Position numbers and translations under genes: made by a program. A stretch of 64,000 bases of DNA from Camelus dromedarius (Eukaryota). Positions 13,245-25,806 of this stretch are shown here, piece by piece. The notes under the pieces are model-generated. The model ran no database searches. It worked only from the letters and a program-made list of their open reading frames with translations, and was not told where the DNA came from. The stretch covers positions 4,588,001-4,652,000 of the forward strand of contig NC_087437.1 in NCBI RefSeq assembly GCF_036321535.1. The letters run 5' to 3'. The first letter of the stretch is position 1. Each line of letters opens with the position of its first letter.

Positions 13245-14389
13245 CTAATGAAGGAAAATGAGAGAAAAAAAGACTTCAGGGGTTTGTCTTTTGTTTCCAG
13301 CATGACTCAGCCCGTGACCTGCAAAATTACTCCAGCACAATTTGTAGGAAGAGGGACGAGTCAGTATTAATTCTCAAGAAAACAGTAGAGCCTTGACTGG
13401 AAGAGGAAATCAATGTCAGCATTTCTGAAACCTTTTTCTTCACAGTGTCCCTTTCAAAAATGACTTAAAGTCCTAGGAATTTGTCTTTTCTTAGAAGGTC
13501 ATTTATTCCAGGTATATGCCTTCAGGTAAAGCCACCTGTTACTAAAGGTGTAGGGGCCCAAATCAAAACCAAAACACCTGCTTTAAAACAAGAACTTTGC
13601 AGAAAAGACAATAAAAGAAAACAAAGCCAAGCCAAAAGTATAAACCCAGTGAAATGATTTAAATCAAGGGCAGAATTCTGGCATTAACTCATCTGTGGTT
13701 GAGTATTTTTCTATAGAGATGAAAATCTTTTCAAACTGCCAATTATCTGAACTACCTAGCTGTTTACAAAACAACAACTAAAACCAGCTTTAATCCTGAC
13801 CCTTTAAACAAACGTTTACAAACTGACATTTTGTAAAAATTACCCAGCATGAAGTTAACTCATTTTACTCTGCAAACAAAGGATCTGGTTAATAGAATTC
13901 CCCTACTAAGAAAACAAGTCAGTCCGTTCACACTGATTTTATTTAGTAGAATTCTTAATGCAGATTTTTCCCACCTGGTATTTCTCTTGCTGTTCTATCA
14001 AAAACAAGTCCTTTAAACGCAACAGCTGAATTAAATGATCTTTTAATTGATCTGTGCGCTGAAAAACCGATTAGATCTCCAGAAATCTCAGCGCATGCTT
14101 AAAAGCAGTAATTTTTTAAAAAATTATTTATGGCAAGGGTAGAAAAAAGAGCCTTGGAAAGGCGTGTGCTGTGCCTTTTTGCTTGGAGGGTGAAGGGGTT
14201 AAGCTGTCACTACGAGATCTCGGCTTGGAAATTGTTTTTTAATCATCTCCCGGAAAAAGGAAGGCAAGGGAGGCCAGGCCAGCCCCCTCGCCTTCCCCCC
14301 GCGTCAGCTTTGCGCACTGGCCGTCCCTGATCTCTGTTCACCCCCGACCACAGAACGGGGAAAAGCTGGGTTTTAAACCACGGGAGGCC

Positions 14390-15440
14390 AAGCGGAGGGC
14401 TGAGCCGTGGTGACAATAAAGCCTTCAGTTTGCTAACAATGAATCAAAGGAGGAGGGAGCTGGCTCAGGCCGGGCACCTCCGCCAGGTGAGGGCTCGCGC
14501 CCCCAGGCTTGGGTGGCCGCCCAGCTGCAGGGGCGACGCCCACCGCCCGGGGAACCCGCGCCCACGCGGTCGGCCCGGCTCCCGGAGCCAGGAGGCTGCG
14601 CAAAGCCAGCGGCAGGGCCCCGATACCGGCGCGGCGCCCCCGCCCCCTTCTCTCTTTGTTGCACATCCGCCCGCAGCGCCTGGCACGCTTGGCGAACCCC
14701 GGGTCCTGCGGGGGGAATCCCTGCGATCGAGTCAGGCCGCGTCCACGCGGGCACTGCAGCCTCCCCGTGACCCGGGTGAGGGTGAAACCTGGTATTCAGA
14801 ACCTCTCTTATCGCCCTCGGACTGATGTGGACACCTCCCCACCGGCCCGGGCCGCAGGCACTCGGGACTGTAGCTGCGGGGATCGGAGCGCCCCCAGTGC
14901 GCCCTACCTGGATCCGGGGGTCCACCTCTTCCTCCTCCTCCAGCCCCGGCTCCATCCCCTCCTCCGCCTCCTCCTCCGAGTCCCGGGCTGGCAGCGGGAG
15001 CTCGGCCGGCTCCTCGGGGCGGCTCCGCCTCTGCGACGCGTCCATGCGGGCGGCCGGAGCGCGAAGCGAGCGGAGGCCTCCGGAGCGTCGCGGGTGGCGG
15101 CCGCCGCACGCCCGGCCCCAGCCGTCTGGCCACAGCCCCGCGCGCTCGGGAGGCGCCGCTCGCCGCTGGGTCCCCAGGCCCCGCGCAGGAGGAAGTGGGC
15201 GCGGTCGCCCCCTCTTGGCCGCGGCCGTCAGCGCAGCGGCCCGCTCCTCCCCGGCCCGCCTGGCCCGGCCTGCCCTCCCGCGGCCCGGCTCCAGGCCAGC
15301 CGCCCCGGCCGGCTGGCCGGGGATCCGTCACAAAACCTCTGCTCCCAGAACAGCTCAGGGTGGGGAAACTGGGAAGCCTCACCCCCTTTCACCTCCCAGC
15401 CCGAATATAGGCCAACCCCGCAGCGTCGGCCACCTGGGGT
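14390..15440. promoter_or_regulatory. CpG island / SH3BP5 promoter and first exon
   Basis: Very GC- and CpG-dense stretch around the SH3BP5 start codon. Confidence 0.9.
14908..15045 (-). CDS. SH3BP5: SH3 domain-binding protein 5 (Sab), coding exon 1
   Basis: Translates MDASQRRSRPEEPAELPLPARDSEEEAEEGMEPGLEEEEEVDPRIQ, matching the recalled SH3BP5 N-terminus; 138 nt ending in donor CAG|GTAGGG; inside a CpG island. Confidence 0.96.
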
Positions 15441-17173
15441 GAGGGTGGATTTATCCCCGTTCTTGTCCCCAGGCAGATTGTCCTATGGAAGGAAAGTTGG
15501 GGGTATTTCCAGTCTGAAGTCACCTTTAGAAGCTTGTACTCAGCGACCCTGGGCTAGTTTCAAGACTCGAACCCCCTGTCCACACAGCACTTTTGCCCCT
15601 TTGGGTGAATCTTGGGAATTGGATCTGCCTAAAGGTTTCTCCAGAAAAGGGGAAACAGGCTCACACAGACACAGAAGCACAGAGAAGGGAACCAGCTGCA
15701 GCTCCACGCATGGACTCCTTGTCCAGAGGCCATGCCCTACCCAGGGCAGAGCCCCAGCCCGAAGCACCTGGGCTCTCAGAGTTGTGGGATGGTCCTTCCT
15801 GAAAAGACAGGAAGCATGGAAAATCCACTGATCAGGGATCTGAGTGGGTGGGTGGATACAGCCTTCTCAAGGGCGTGCAAGCGTACCCCCTCTTAATGCG
15901 CACGCTCTGTCCAAGGATCTGTGAACTGATGAGGTGTCCTGCCACCCCGAAGAAGCAGGGAGCCAGAACTTGCCTGCTAAACTCAACATCACAAAAAGTC
16001 AAAGAACAAGGGGCATGTCTGTGCTTTTGTGAAAAATCAGGGCCACTGTGATGTCGGGGGAGCAGAAGGTCAGATGCCCTTAGGAAAGCAGGCACGGACA
16101 TTGCCGCCGGCTATTGCTAATGTCTCCTTCACTGCAAAAATGCACAGGTACAAGCTTTCCACACGGAGCCTTGTGGTCCCTGGGCCCCATGAGTTTAGAG
16201 AGCAGACTTGCCTGAGAAAGAAGCTTCCTTCTGAAAGCCTGTCATTAAAGCCAACCTTGGAAACCTGCTTATGATGGTTTTACCAGAAGCTAAGTTGGGG
16301 GGTTACTCCCTGGGCAAGGTTCCACCCGACATACGCTGGCACTGAGGTCCCCCATCAAAGGAGACTTGTTGTCTCCTGGAGGTAATACAGGTGAACGCCG
16401 TGGGCTTGTTTCCAAACAGGTCACACCTGTTCACTGTGCTTTAAATGGAGAGTCAGCAATTCTTTGAGAGATGTTCTCAAGCTCCTTGCTAGCAATGTGG
16501 TTGCTTTTCATTTTTCAGTGATGGATGAAGACAGGGTCAGGATGGCCATTAAGAGTCACTCTGGGACACAAGAGCCACCCATGTTTCCTTAGTGGCTTAG
16601 AATTGAGCCTATAACTGAGCAGGTTCATCCTAGCTGTGAATAAACTGAGACAGAGGTTGAAAACAAGACAGGTGAGGTTAGTCCTGCCCCTCTCATGCTT
16701 CCCAACTCATCATCACCATTCAAACAACAGCCTCCAAAATACATCTCTATTCAAGCTTAGATCTAAGAGCAATAAGGATGGTTCAAAACGACGCTATGGG
16801 ATGTAGAGAAGCTGTTCTAAACACTGGTTTAGACTTCTGTTATTTTCTTTTTAGAAGACCTGAGCCAGCTATAGGATGAACCCAAATAGTGTTCTGAAGT
16901 TAAAATAAACCACAGCAGTACTATATATTTCTGTTGATACCTACATATGCACATCAATACAGAGAAAAAGTTGTGGAAAGAAGAGTTCATAGGCAACAAA
17001 GAGTGGCTAGGTCTGGAAAAGAGCGGGTAGGGAGGGGCCCCAGATTGGCTAGGATGGGGTTGGGGGAGTCAAAGGGAATTTTTAATCTCTCAATAATGTT
17101 TTCATTTTTTTACAAGGAGGATGTATTTGTGATTATTTGTGTAATTCTGAAATAAATTTAAAACAATGCATAG

Positions 17174-17742
17174 TGTGTTAGTTTGCTATTACTATGTAAC
17201 GAATCACCAAAAATTTAGCAGCTTAAACCAACACTCGTTTATGATCTCACAGTTCTGTAGGTCTGAAGTTCAGGCACAGTGTGACTAGCTTCTCTGCTCG
17301 AGGTCTCCTGGGCCATTCCTTTCTGAAGGCTCTGAGGAAAACATCCTTCCAGGCTCATTAGATTGTTGGCTGATTGCAGTTCCTTATGGTTGTAGGACTG
17401 AGGTCCCCATATCCTTGCTGACTGTCATCCAAGGGCCAACCTCAACTACTGAGGGCTGCCTGCATTTCTTGCCACATGGCCCCCTCCATCCTCAAAGCCA
17501 GGCAGAGAATCTCCCACACTTCAATCTCCTCTAAAGAAAAAGCCTGATCCCTTTTAAGGATTCACTTGATTCGGTCAAGTCCACCCAGTGTAGTCTCCCA
17601 TTCTTAAAGCCAGCTGTGCCATATTCACTACCTAATCATGGAGGTGATGGTCCCACCATATCACAAGTTCCCCACATTATGCAGGAGTCTGTATAGCAGG
17701 GGGCAGGAAATGGGGCGATCTCATACTTCTGCCTAACTCACA
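17174..17742 (-). mobile_element. MLT1 (MaLR) solo LTR
   Basis: tgtgttagtttgctatt...tttatgatctcacagttctgtaggtctgaagttc...ttctgcctaactcaca; TG...CA ends. Confidence 0.8.
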
Positions 17743-17821
17743 TGCTAAGGCAAACCATGGATGCGGCTGGTAACCCAAGCAGATGCTTACTATTTATTTT
17801 AGTTGACATATTGATCAGGAT

Positions 17822-18346
17822 GAGTGGCTCTCCAGGTATGGGCTGGAGGTCTCTGAGAAATTCAGGATGCCCATGAGATCAAAACTACTTTCATACTAAT
17901 ACTAAGACAATGTTAGCCTTTCCCACTCTCACTCTCTTCCAAGTGTTCACTGGAGTTTCCCAGAAACGACACAACACATGATAATCATGACAGACCGAAA
18001 GCAGACGATACAAGAACCCAGCTGTCTCCTCTGAGGATGCACATTAAAGAGACGTGCAAAAACCTAAAACAATGCCCTTCTCCCTACGTGTTTTGTTTTG
18101 GAAACTTTTATTTCTCATTTTGGAGACTAGAGTTATTTTTCATAAAAATTATGGTATTTATGTTAACATAACACATGTACTGTTATTTTTAGAGGAATTG
18201 ATTTAAAAAACAGTCTTTTAAGTTGTTTTAATTTCTACGAAGTAACCACCAGTAGATGCAACCACATAAACAGCAGCTCTGTAAGATCTTCAGTCGCTGA
18301 AAAAAATAAAAAGGAGTACTGCCACCAAAAAGTCCGAGAACCACTG
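17822..18346. mobile_element. hAT-Charlie-like DNA transposon relic
   Basis: Degenerate TIRs gagtggctctc / gagaaccactg around an AT-rich interior. Confidence 0.6.
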
Positions 18347-18884
18347 AGCTGGAGGAGAGTATACTCTGGTTTGAGTTAGCCTTCTTTATTTGTATTTAAA
18401 TATTCCATTGCCTCCTTCACTCAAAAGATACACAACCCCGCCCAAGGCCCCAGATGGCCCTCGGTGGAGTATTTCAGTCACAGTGTGTTTCTCTGCCCAT
18501 TTCAAGACCTCAAATACAATTGAACCATTTGAAATGACTGAGGAGTCATTAGATAACACGTTGCTCATGTGTGGTTATTTCCTGGAAATCTTATATATTT
18601 GTCGATTCCTATGAGGAACTCATCACCCAATTTTACCGTTGCTCCTTTGCAGAAAAGTCAGCTTTATAGTGCTCTTTTTAGTGCTTCGTGTGATGTGGTT
18701 TCCAAGAACTCGCCTCTGCCTTGCCAGGCTTGGGGGGATAGGGTCCCCGAGTGATGCAGGGCACATCTCTACCAGAGCTGCGACTTTGGTAGCCTGATCG
18801 CATGGTGCACGGTGCAGGCAGAGTGGGGACGGCCGACATGGTAACAAAGTCCCAAGGACTGCTTTCCTTGGAGACCATACGCTC

Positions 18885-19321
18885 TGTTGTTGACTGAATT
18901 AAAATGCACAATTTTAAACCTGTTTTATCTGGGGATGTTATTGCCAACTATAGCCCGGGAGACAGCCTCTCAGAGAGCTCTGAGGAGCTGCTCCAAAGAG
19001 GCAGGGGGGCCAAGAAATTTAAGAGTTTTTGCTGGAGGAGGAAAAAAAATACCCTGTAGTCGAACATCAAAAGATGACTGCTCATCACAAAACACACACC
19101 TCAAGTTAATGGTTTTAATGCTTCTCTGTGTATGCAAAGATGCAAGAGTCTGGGCTCACTGAAATCATTCCTTAGATAGGCATCTGAACTGCCCAGGGCC
19201 AGTCTCCTGTTTTTCTCCACCCTGAGTCCCCTCGGGGCTCCCCCTAGGGGCTGCAGGGCTGATGGCATGATGGCGGCAACATTCTCTGTTCACTGGAATG
19301 GCAGGCAACATTCTTTGTCCA
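18885..19321 (-). mobile_element. Probable ERV solo LTR
   Basis: TG...CA ends, about 440 bp; gacagcctctcagagagctctgaggagctgctccaaagagg resembles artiodactyl LTRs as recalled. Confidence 0.55.
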
Positions 19322-20597
19322 GCGGCTCCATTTATTTTTACTATCTCCTTGCAGTTTGGTTCAACTGGGGGGGGGGGGTTGTTCCCTGCCCCACCATGTC
19401 CTCAGGCTGAAAATCTTCTCTGGTGAAAGTCACAGCCTGGTGCCGTCCCAGCTGCCCTGAGATCAGTGGGCTGACATTTGAAAAGGAGGAGAAAAGGTAT
19501 CTGGCGGGATGAACTTAGGTTTACAAATTTCTCTCCAGTGAGTCACATTTGTCATGATCTGGTTTCTTTCATGGGATTCGCATCGACCTCTCCTGCTGTG
19601 ACCCCACCGCCTTCCTGGTGTCACACATTTGGAATCCAAGCCCCCTTCTCCCTGAATCATAAACCAAGCAAGAGTCCAGCAAAGAGAGAACCGCTCCTCA
19701 CTGGGTGCCCCCCGCTGGAGTGGGGGGCACTTGGGGGTGTTTCTATCTCTGTAGGTGTGGAAGGAAACTTGGGTTTCCTCAATAAACACTCACAGAAAAT
19801 CCTGCCGGGTTCAAGGGGCATCACTTTCCCGTCTCCAGGTGAAGAGAGGGTCTGCAGCTGGGTCTCAAGTGTTCTCGGCCTTTTTGGTGAAAAGAGAAAC
19901 GTGACCTTCCCCCCAAACTCACGCCAAGCCGGCGTGGCGGCCTGAGTGGAAACGAGGCGATCTGCTGACTTCAGGGAGCTTGGGCGGAGCTGAGGGCAGA
20001 CACAGGGATCGTGCTGGCCCTGGAGGTGGGTGAAGGAGCAGCCCCTCCCCTCCCGGCCCCTGCAAAGGGCCGCGTCACCCTCGGGGGGACGCAGAAGTCA
20101 TTTCACTTTTCTGCCTGCGAGGGCCAGCATGGTTTCACAGAGAAGACGACACTGGGCCTTGAATAATAAACAGGATTTCCTCAAACAAGTGAGGAGGATT
20201 TTGCCAAAGAAAGAAAGAAAGGGTTTCCTAGGCAGGAAATAACATGGGGAAGTCATGGAAGGCGGGGAGGGGGGAGGGGGGACCGCTCAGGAACAGCGGG
20301 AAGGGAGACCACCTCGACCTGGGACCCAGGAGGGACAGTGAGGGGTGGAAAAAGCAGAGGATGAAGCCTCAAGTCGAGTTTGGGGCAGGTCCCCGATGGC
20401 CAAGAGGGCCAGGCTAACCCTTTGGACCATACACTGTAGACAATGAGATGCCGTTCATTTGTTTACTCATTTATTCATCTAACAAATATTCATCGAGCAC
20501 TTGATATGTTTTAGACGCTGTGCCAGGGGTCAGGGTACCACTATGAACAAAAGGCACAACCTCCTGCTTGAAGGAGCAGCAAACAAATTAACTTTCC

Positions 20598-21057
20598 TGA
20601 TGCTAAAACTGTTTTCTGATTCTTTCTAAGAAATCCTGTAATTGGTTTTCTCTCTCTTACTGCTTTTGTACTAAGCTACCCTCAAACTTCTCCCTGACGT
20701 TCTTTACAATAGTTTTAACCCAGAGGCTGTGCTCCGGGAAGAAGGGGCCTTTAATCTCAGAAGAACGGACAGACCCTCCGCAGTTCCCCAACAAGGCCAG
20801 AAAGACTCACGGAGATTAAGAGGAATGCAGCAGCCCCCTGTAAAGTGCCCTGATGGTTATCACCTTTTCTGTTCTTCCAGTTTTTTTCTATAGAACTTCA
20901 AAACCCTAACCCCAAGATGGACTCACAGGCTCTAAGGCATGACCTGCTGTGACCCACCTTTGCCTGGCAAAGGAATAAAGCTGTTCTTTTTCTCCCAAAC
21001 TCTGCCTCTGAATCTCAATCTGGCTTTCCGGGTTCAGAGGCACGTTTTACGGCAACA
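20598..21057 (+). mobile_element. Probable ERV solo LTR
   Basis: TG...ggcaaCA ends; AATAAA at 20974-20979 followed by a U5-like pyrimidine stretch; interrupts an L2-like sequence. Confidence 0.65.
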
Positions 21058-22189
21058 ACCTGTCATGGAGATGATGGATAAATGGGTAACAGGCCGGGGT
21101 GACCAGGGCTGAGGGCCAAGACAAAGCAGGAGACAGAGGACAAGACACAGGGATGCTGTTGGTGTGACCCCAAAACCCAGAAGAAATAAGAGAGCACAGC
21201 CCATGTGCCTTTGGGGATGGGCACTTCAGTGCCTGGAGTGGCGTGTGCAGGGGTCCTGGATCGGGAGTGCCCTCGGGTGGGAGAGAAAGCAAATGGGTGT
21301 GGGCAGAGCAGAGCTAGCGAGGGAGGTGAACTCAGAGGCCAGGGGCAGAGGGGAGGGGAGAGCGAGCAGGGCCTTCATGCCCGGAGGAGTTTGGAACAAG
21401 AGGGAAGAGAACTTTAAAATAGACCTCAAACCTTTCCACAATGCTTCCTGCCCCCAGATGACCAGTTCTTAGAACTCAAGTTGCTGTAGAAGCTAGTTCT
21501 TTGAAAGGGATCAGGGCCTCCACTTTACGAGGCAGCTATTTAATTCTAAGACTCGGTGACATCAGTATCTTGCCAAACTGCTTGTGCTGTGGCCCCTCCT
21601 CTCTCATAAGAACCTTTATTTGTGTCCTAAATTGAATTACGTCAAGTCTCTTGACCCAGATGAGCTACAGGCCAGAGTACTTACAGCACCCAGGAAAGAG
21701 ACTTCCAATGTTTATCTGTGGTCTTAAAGGTCCTGCACATATTTAACATGGTGCTAGAATCACAGAGGCAGAATCAGTGTTCCATTAGAAAGAGAGGGGG
21801 TTCCAGACACAAACCAGTGAGCATAAGAGACTGCAGGCGTGATTCTAGAATGGATTTTAAAGGGAAAAGGCATTTCTGGGCCCCAGAAGAAGGATAAGTG
21901 ATCACTGTGATCCAGCTTGGGTTAACCAAGAACCAGTCGTCTCAGCCTGCCCACCCTTCCTTATGCCACAGTTTCCTGGTCCAGCCAAGGAAGGAAATAC
22001 GCAAGACAGGAGAGCTTCACTATTCAAAGGTAATTGGTACAGGAAAAGGCTACTGAAATAAATCCACTGATAAAGGAAACCAAAGTTTCACATGAAGTAA
22101 TGAACAAAGGCTTCTACTGGAGCTGTATCCTGCAAAATACAATTATGAAAATAAGTTTTTTTCCTTCTATTTGAAAGACTATTTCGTTG

Positions 22190-23570
22190 ACAGACATTTA
22201 CTGAGTATCTGCTATGTGACAGCCTCTGGCAATGAAGACCCAGCAGTGAACAAGTTAGAGAAAACTCCCACCTTCACTGTGGCTTATAGTCTAAGGGAAG
22301 ACTGAAAAAAAAATTAAATATAGGAGTAAACAAAATAGTTGTAGGTAGTGCTAACAAGGATTGCTACGAAGAACCAAAAAAAGTAGGATAACCAAATGAA
22401 GAAGGCTGGAGGGTGGGGGCTGCCTTAGATGGGAGATGGAGAAGGTTCTCTGTGGATGTGACCTTTGAGCTGAGACTTGATGGTGAGATGAGGTCAGGTA
22501 GCCACACTCTGGAGGGAAGAGGGACCGCGAAGAGGGAGCCAGCTGGACCACCCGGGTGATGGCCAGAGACAGAGCAAGGAGGACAGGGTGTTGACATGGG
22601 TGTGAGGCGTGGTCATGTGTCAGACAATTTGGGGCCTGGGAGGCCACAGGAAAGAGTTTGGATTTTGCACAAATGTGATGGGAAGCCACTGGAGGGACTG
22701 AAACTGGGGGATAACAGGACCCAGTGTATATGTTTGAACTGTGACCGCAGCTGCTCTGTGGACACAGAACAGCCGTGTAGGCAAGGGTGGGAGGAGGAAC
22801 ACCTGCTGGGAGGCTGTGACAGAGGCCTAGCAAGAGACGTGGCCGTTTGGAATTAGTGGATAAGCCCAACTTGGGGAGATGGAGTAGGGGTGACTGAGGA
22901 TGTATTTCAAAGACAAAACTTTCTGTTGCATTCGTTGTGGGAATGGGTGGAGGCCGAGGCATCAAGAATGACTCTTGTGGGGTGGGTATAGCTCTTGGTA
23001 GAGCACCTGCTTAGCATGCACGAGGTCCTGAGTTCAATCCCCAGCCCCTCTATTAAGTAAATAAAATAAAATATTGAGGGTGGGGGTACAGCTCAGTGGT
23101 ACAGCGTGTGCTTAGCATGCACGAGGTCCTGCATTAAACCCCCAGTACCTCCATTAAATAAATAAACAAACCTAATTATCTTCCCCCAAAAATGACCAAA
23201 AAAATTTTTTTAAAGAAAAAAAAAGAATGACTCGAGATTATGACTTGAAAAGTGGTTGAAAGAGGCTAGTGTTTATCGAGCGAGGTAGGGAAGTCTTGAG
23301 GAAAAGGCGTGAAATCGAGGTGTGATGTTGCACACCTAAGTCTGAGAGGCTCTGAAACGTACAAGTGCAGATGTCAAGTGGACAGGAGGATACACATCTG
23401 AAGGTCAAGGCCACAGACCTGGATTTGAGAGTCAATTGCACGTGGGTGATGTTTAAGGCCATGGGATTGGACGAAATCACTCAGGACAGGGCAACACTGA
23501 AGGAAAGAGGACCAGGATCCAGCTCTGGGGCACAGCCATCATTTAAAGGCAGGGCCTTGGGCAAGGAGCC
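22190..23570 (-). mobile_element. L2 LINE relic
   Basis: acatttactgagtatctgctatgtg..., gggaagccactggaggg..., ggatttgagagtc...tttaaggccatgggattgga are typical L2 segments. Confidence 0.7.
22979..23222 (+). mobile_element. Two tandem tRNA-Ala-derived SINE units
   Basis: Heads at about 22979 and 23078; shared TSD aagaatgactc at 22964-22974 and 23223-23233. Confidence 0.88.
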
Positions 23571-23720
23571 AGGAAACAGTATTGCCACCAGCTCATCAGA
23601 AAAGCAACAACCACAAAAATGATCAATCAACTATCAAGGACTTTTTTGTTCTGGCATATTTTTCTGATAAAATGTTAATATCATATAATGTGAAATTCTT
23701 CCATTAAGATTTGACCTTTA

Positions 23721-25684
23721 GAATTTGGCAAGGTAGCAGGATACAAGAAATCAGTTGCATTTCTTTACACTAACAATGAAATATCAGAGAAGGGAAGTAA
23801 AGAAACAATCCTTTTAAAATTGCATCCAAAAAAATTAAATACTTAGGAATAAATCTGACCAAGGAAGTGAAAGACTTATACTCAGAGAACTACAAAACAC
23901 TGACTAAGGAATTTAAAGATGACTTTAAAAAATGGAAAGATATCCCATGTTCTTGGATTGGAATAATCAATATTGTTGAAATGACCATATTACCCAAAGC
24001 ACTCTACAGATTTTAATGTGATCCCTATCAAATTACGCAGGTCACAGAATTAGATCACCCTAAAATTCATATATAATCACAAAAGAGCCAGAATTGCCAA
24101 AGCAATACTGAAGAAAAAGAATGAAGCTGGAGGAATAACCCTCCCAAACTTCAAACAACACTACAGAGCTACAATAATCAAAGCAGCATGCTGTTGGTAC
24201 AAAAACAGATATAATACAACAATGGAACAGAATAAAGAGCCCAGAAACCAACCCACAAACTTCTGGTCAATTAATCTTTGACAAAGGAGGCAAGAACATA
24301 TAATGGAGTAAAGACGGTCTCTTTAGCAAATGGTGTTGGGAAAACGGGACAGCTGCATGTAAATCAATGAAGATAGAACACTCCCTCACACCATACACAA
24401 AAATAAACTCAAAATGGCTTAAAAACTTAAACATAAGACAAGACACAATAAACCCCCTAGAAGAAAACATAGGCAAAACATTCTCTGACATAAATTTCAG
24501 CAATGTTCTCCTAGGGCAGTCTACCCAAGCAATAGAAATAAAATCAAAAATAAATAAATGAGACCTAATTAAACTTAGAAGCTTTTGCATACCAAAGGAA
24601 ACCATAAGCAAAACAAAAAGACAACCTACAGAATGGGAGAAAATATTTGCAAAAGATGAGACTGATAAGGCTTAGTTGTCAGAATATATAAACAGCTCAT
24701 ACAACTTAATAAGAAAAAAAAACAAACAAGCCAATCCAAAACTGGGCAGAAGGCCTAAACAAAGCAATTCTCTAACGAAAACATACAAATGGCCAATAGA
24801 TACATGAAAAAATGCTCAATACCCCTAATTATCAGAAAAATACAAATCAAAACTACAATGAAGTATCACCTCACACCAGTCAGAATGCCCATCATTCAAA
24901 AAGTCCACAAATGACAAATGCTGGAGAGGGTGTGGAGAAAGGGGAACCCTCCTACACTGCTGGTGGGAATGTAGTTTGGTGCAGCCACTGTGGAAAACAC
25001 TATGGAGACTCCTCAAAAAACTAAAAATAGACTTACCATATGATCCAGCAATCCCATTCCTGGGCATATATCCAGAGGGAACCTTAATTCAAAAAGACAC
25101 CTGCACCCCAGTGTTCACAGCAGCACTATTTACAATAGCAAATCATGGAAACAACCTAAATGTCCATTGATACATGACTGGATAAAGAAGTTGTGGTATA
25201 TTTACATAATGGCATACTACTCAGCCATAAAAATAATAAAATAATGTCATTTGCAGCAACATGGATGGATCCAGAGATTGTCATTCAAAGAGAAGTCAAA
25301 AGGAGAAAGAAAAGTACCATATGATATCATTTATATGTGGAACCTAAAAAAAAGACAAACGAACTTATTTACAAAACAGAAACAGACTCACATAGAAAAC
25401 AAACGTATAGTTACCGGGGGGGCAGGATAAATTGGGAGTTTGGGATTTGCAGATACTACTATGTATAAAGTAGATAAACAACAAGTTTATACTGTATAGC
25501 ACAGGGAACTATATTCAATGTCTTGTAGTAACTTATGGTGAGAAAGAAAATGAATATATGTATGTTCATGTATGACTGAAGCACTGTGCTGTACACCAGA
25601 AATTGACACAACATTGTAAACTGACTATATGTCAATAAAAAAATACATATATATATACACACACACACATACACACACACACAA
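23721..25684 (+). mobile_element. 5'-truncated L1 (about 1.96 kb), disrupted ORF2 C-terminus and 3'UTR
   Basis: ORF2 peptides LTPYTKINSKWLKNLNIR and [14 protein letters not shown]; tail decayed to (TA)n(CA)n; TSD 23706-23720 / 25685-25699. Confidence 0.95.
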
Positions 25685-25699
25685 AAGATTTGACTTTTA

Positions 25700-25806
25700 A
25701 GGAGGAAAGGGTATTTATTGCTCAGTGGTATAGTGTGTGCTTAGTATGCTCAAGGTCCTGGGTTCAATCCCCAGCACCTCCCTTAAGAAAAGAAATGAAA
25801 AATAAA
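25700..25806 (+). mobile_element. tRNA-Ala-derived SINE
   Basis: ctcagtggtatagtgtgtgcttagtatgctcaaggtcctgggttcaatccccagcacctcc plus A tail; TSD 25685-25699 / 25807-25821. Confidence 0.88.

Noticed and set aside
14425..14907. Continuation of the 206-aa SH3BP5 ORF past DPRIQ
   Set aside because: Intron read-through beyond a clear donor; homology resumes at exon 13244
14509..15831. 440-aa plus-strand ORF and other long ORFs over the SH3BP5 CpG island
   Set aside because: Non-ATG starts, low-complexity Arg/Pro/Gly/Ala composition, antisense to the real exon; expected from stop-codon scarcity in GC-rich DNA
24060..25170. ORFs resembling reverse-transcriptase C-terminal protein (also 43187-44537)
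   Set aside because: Frameshifted fragments of truncated L1 ORF2, not genes
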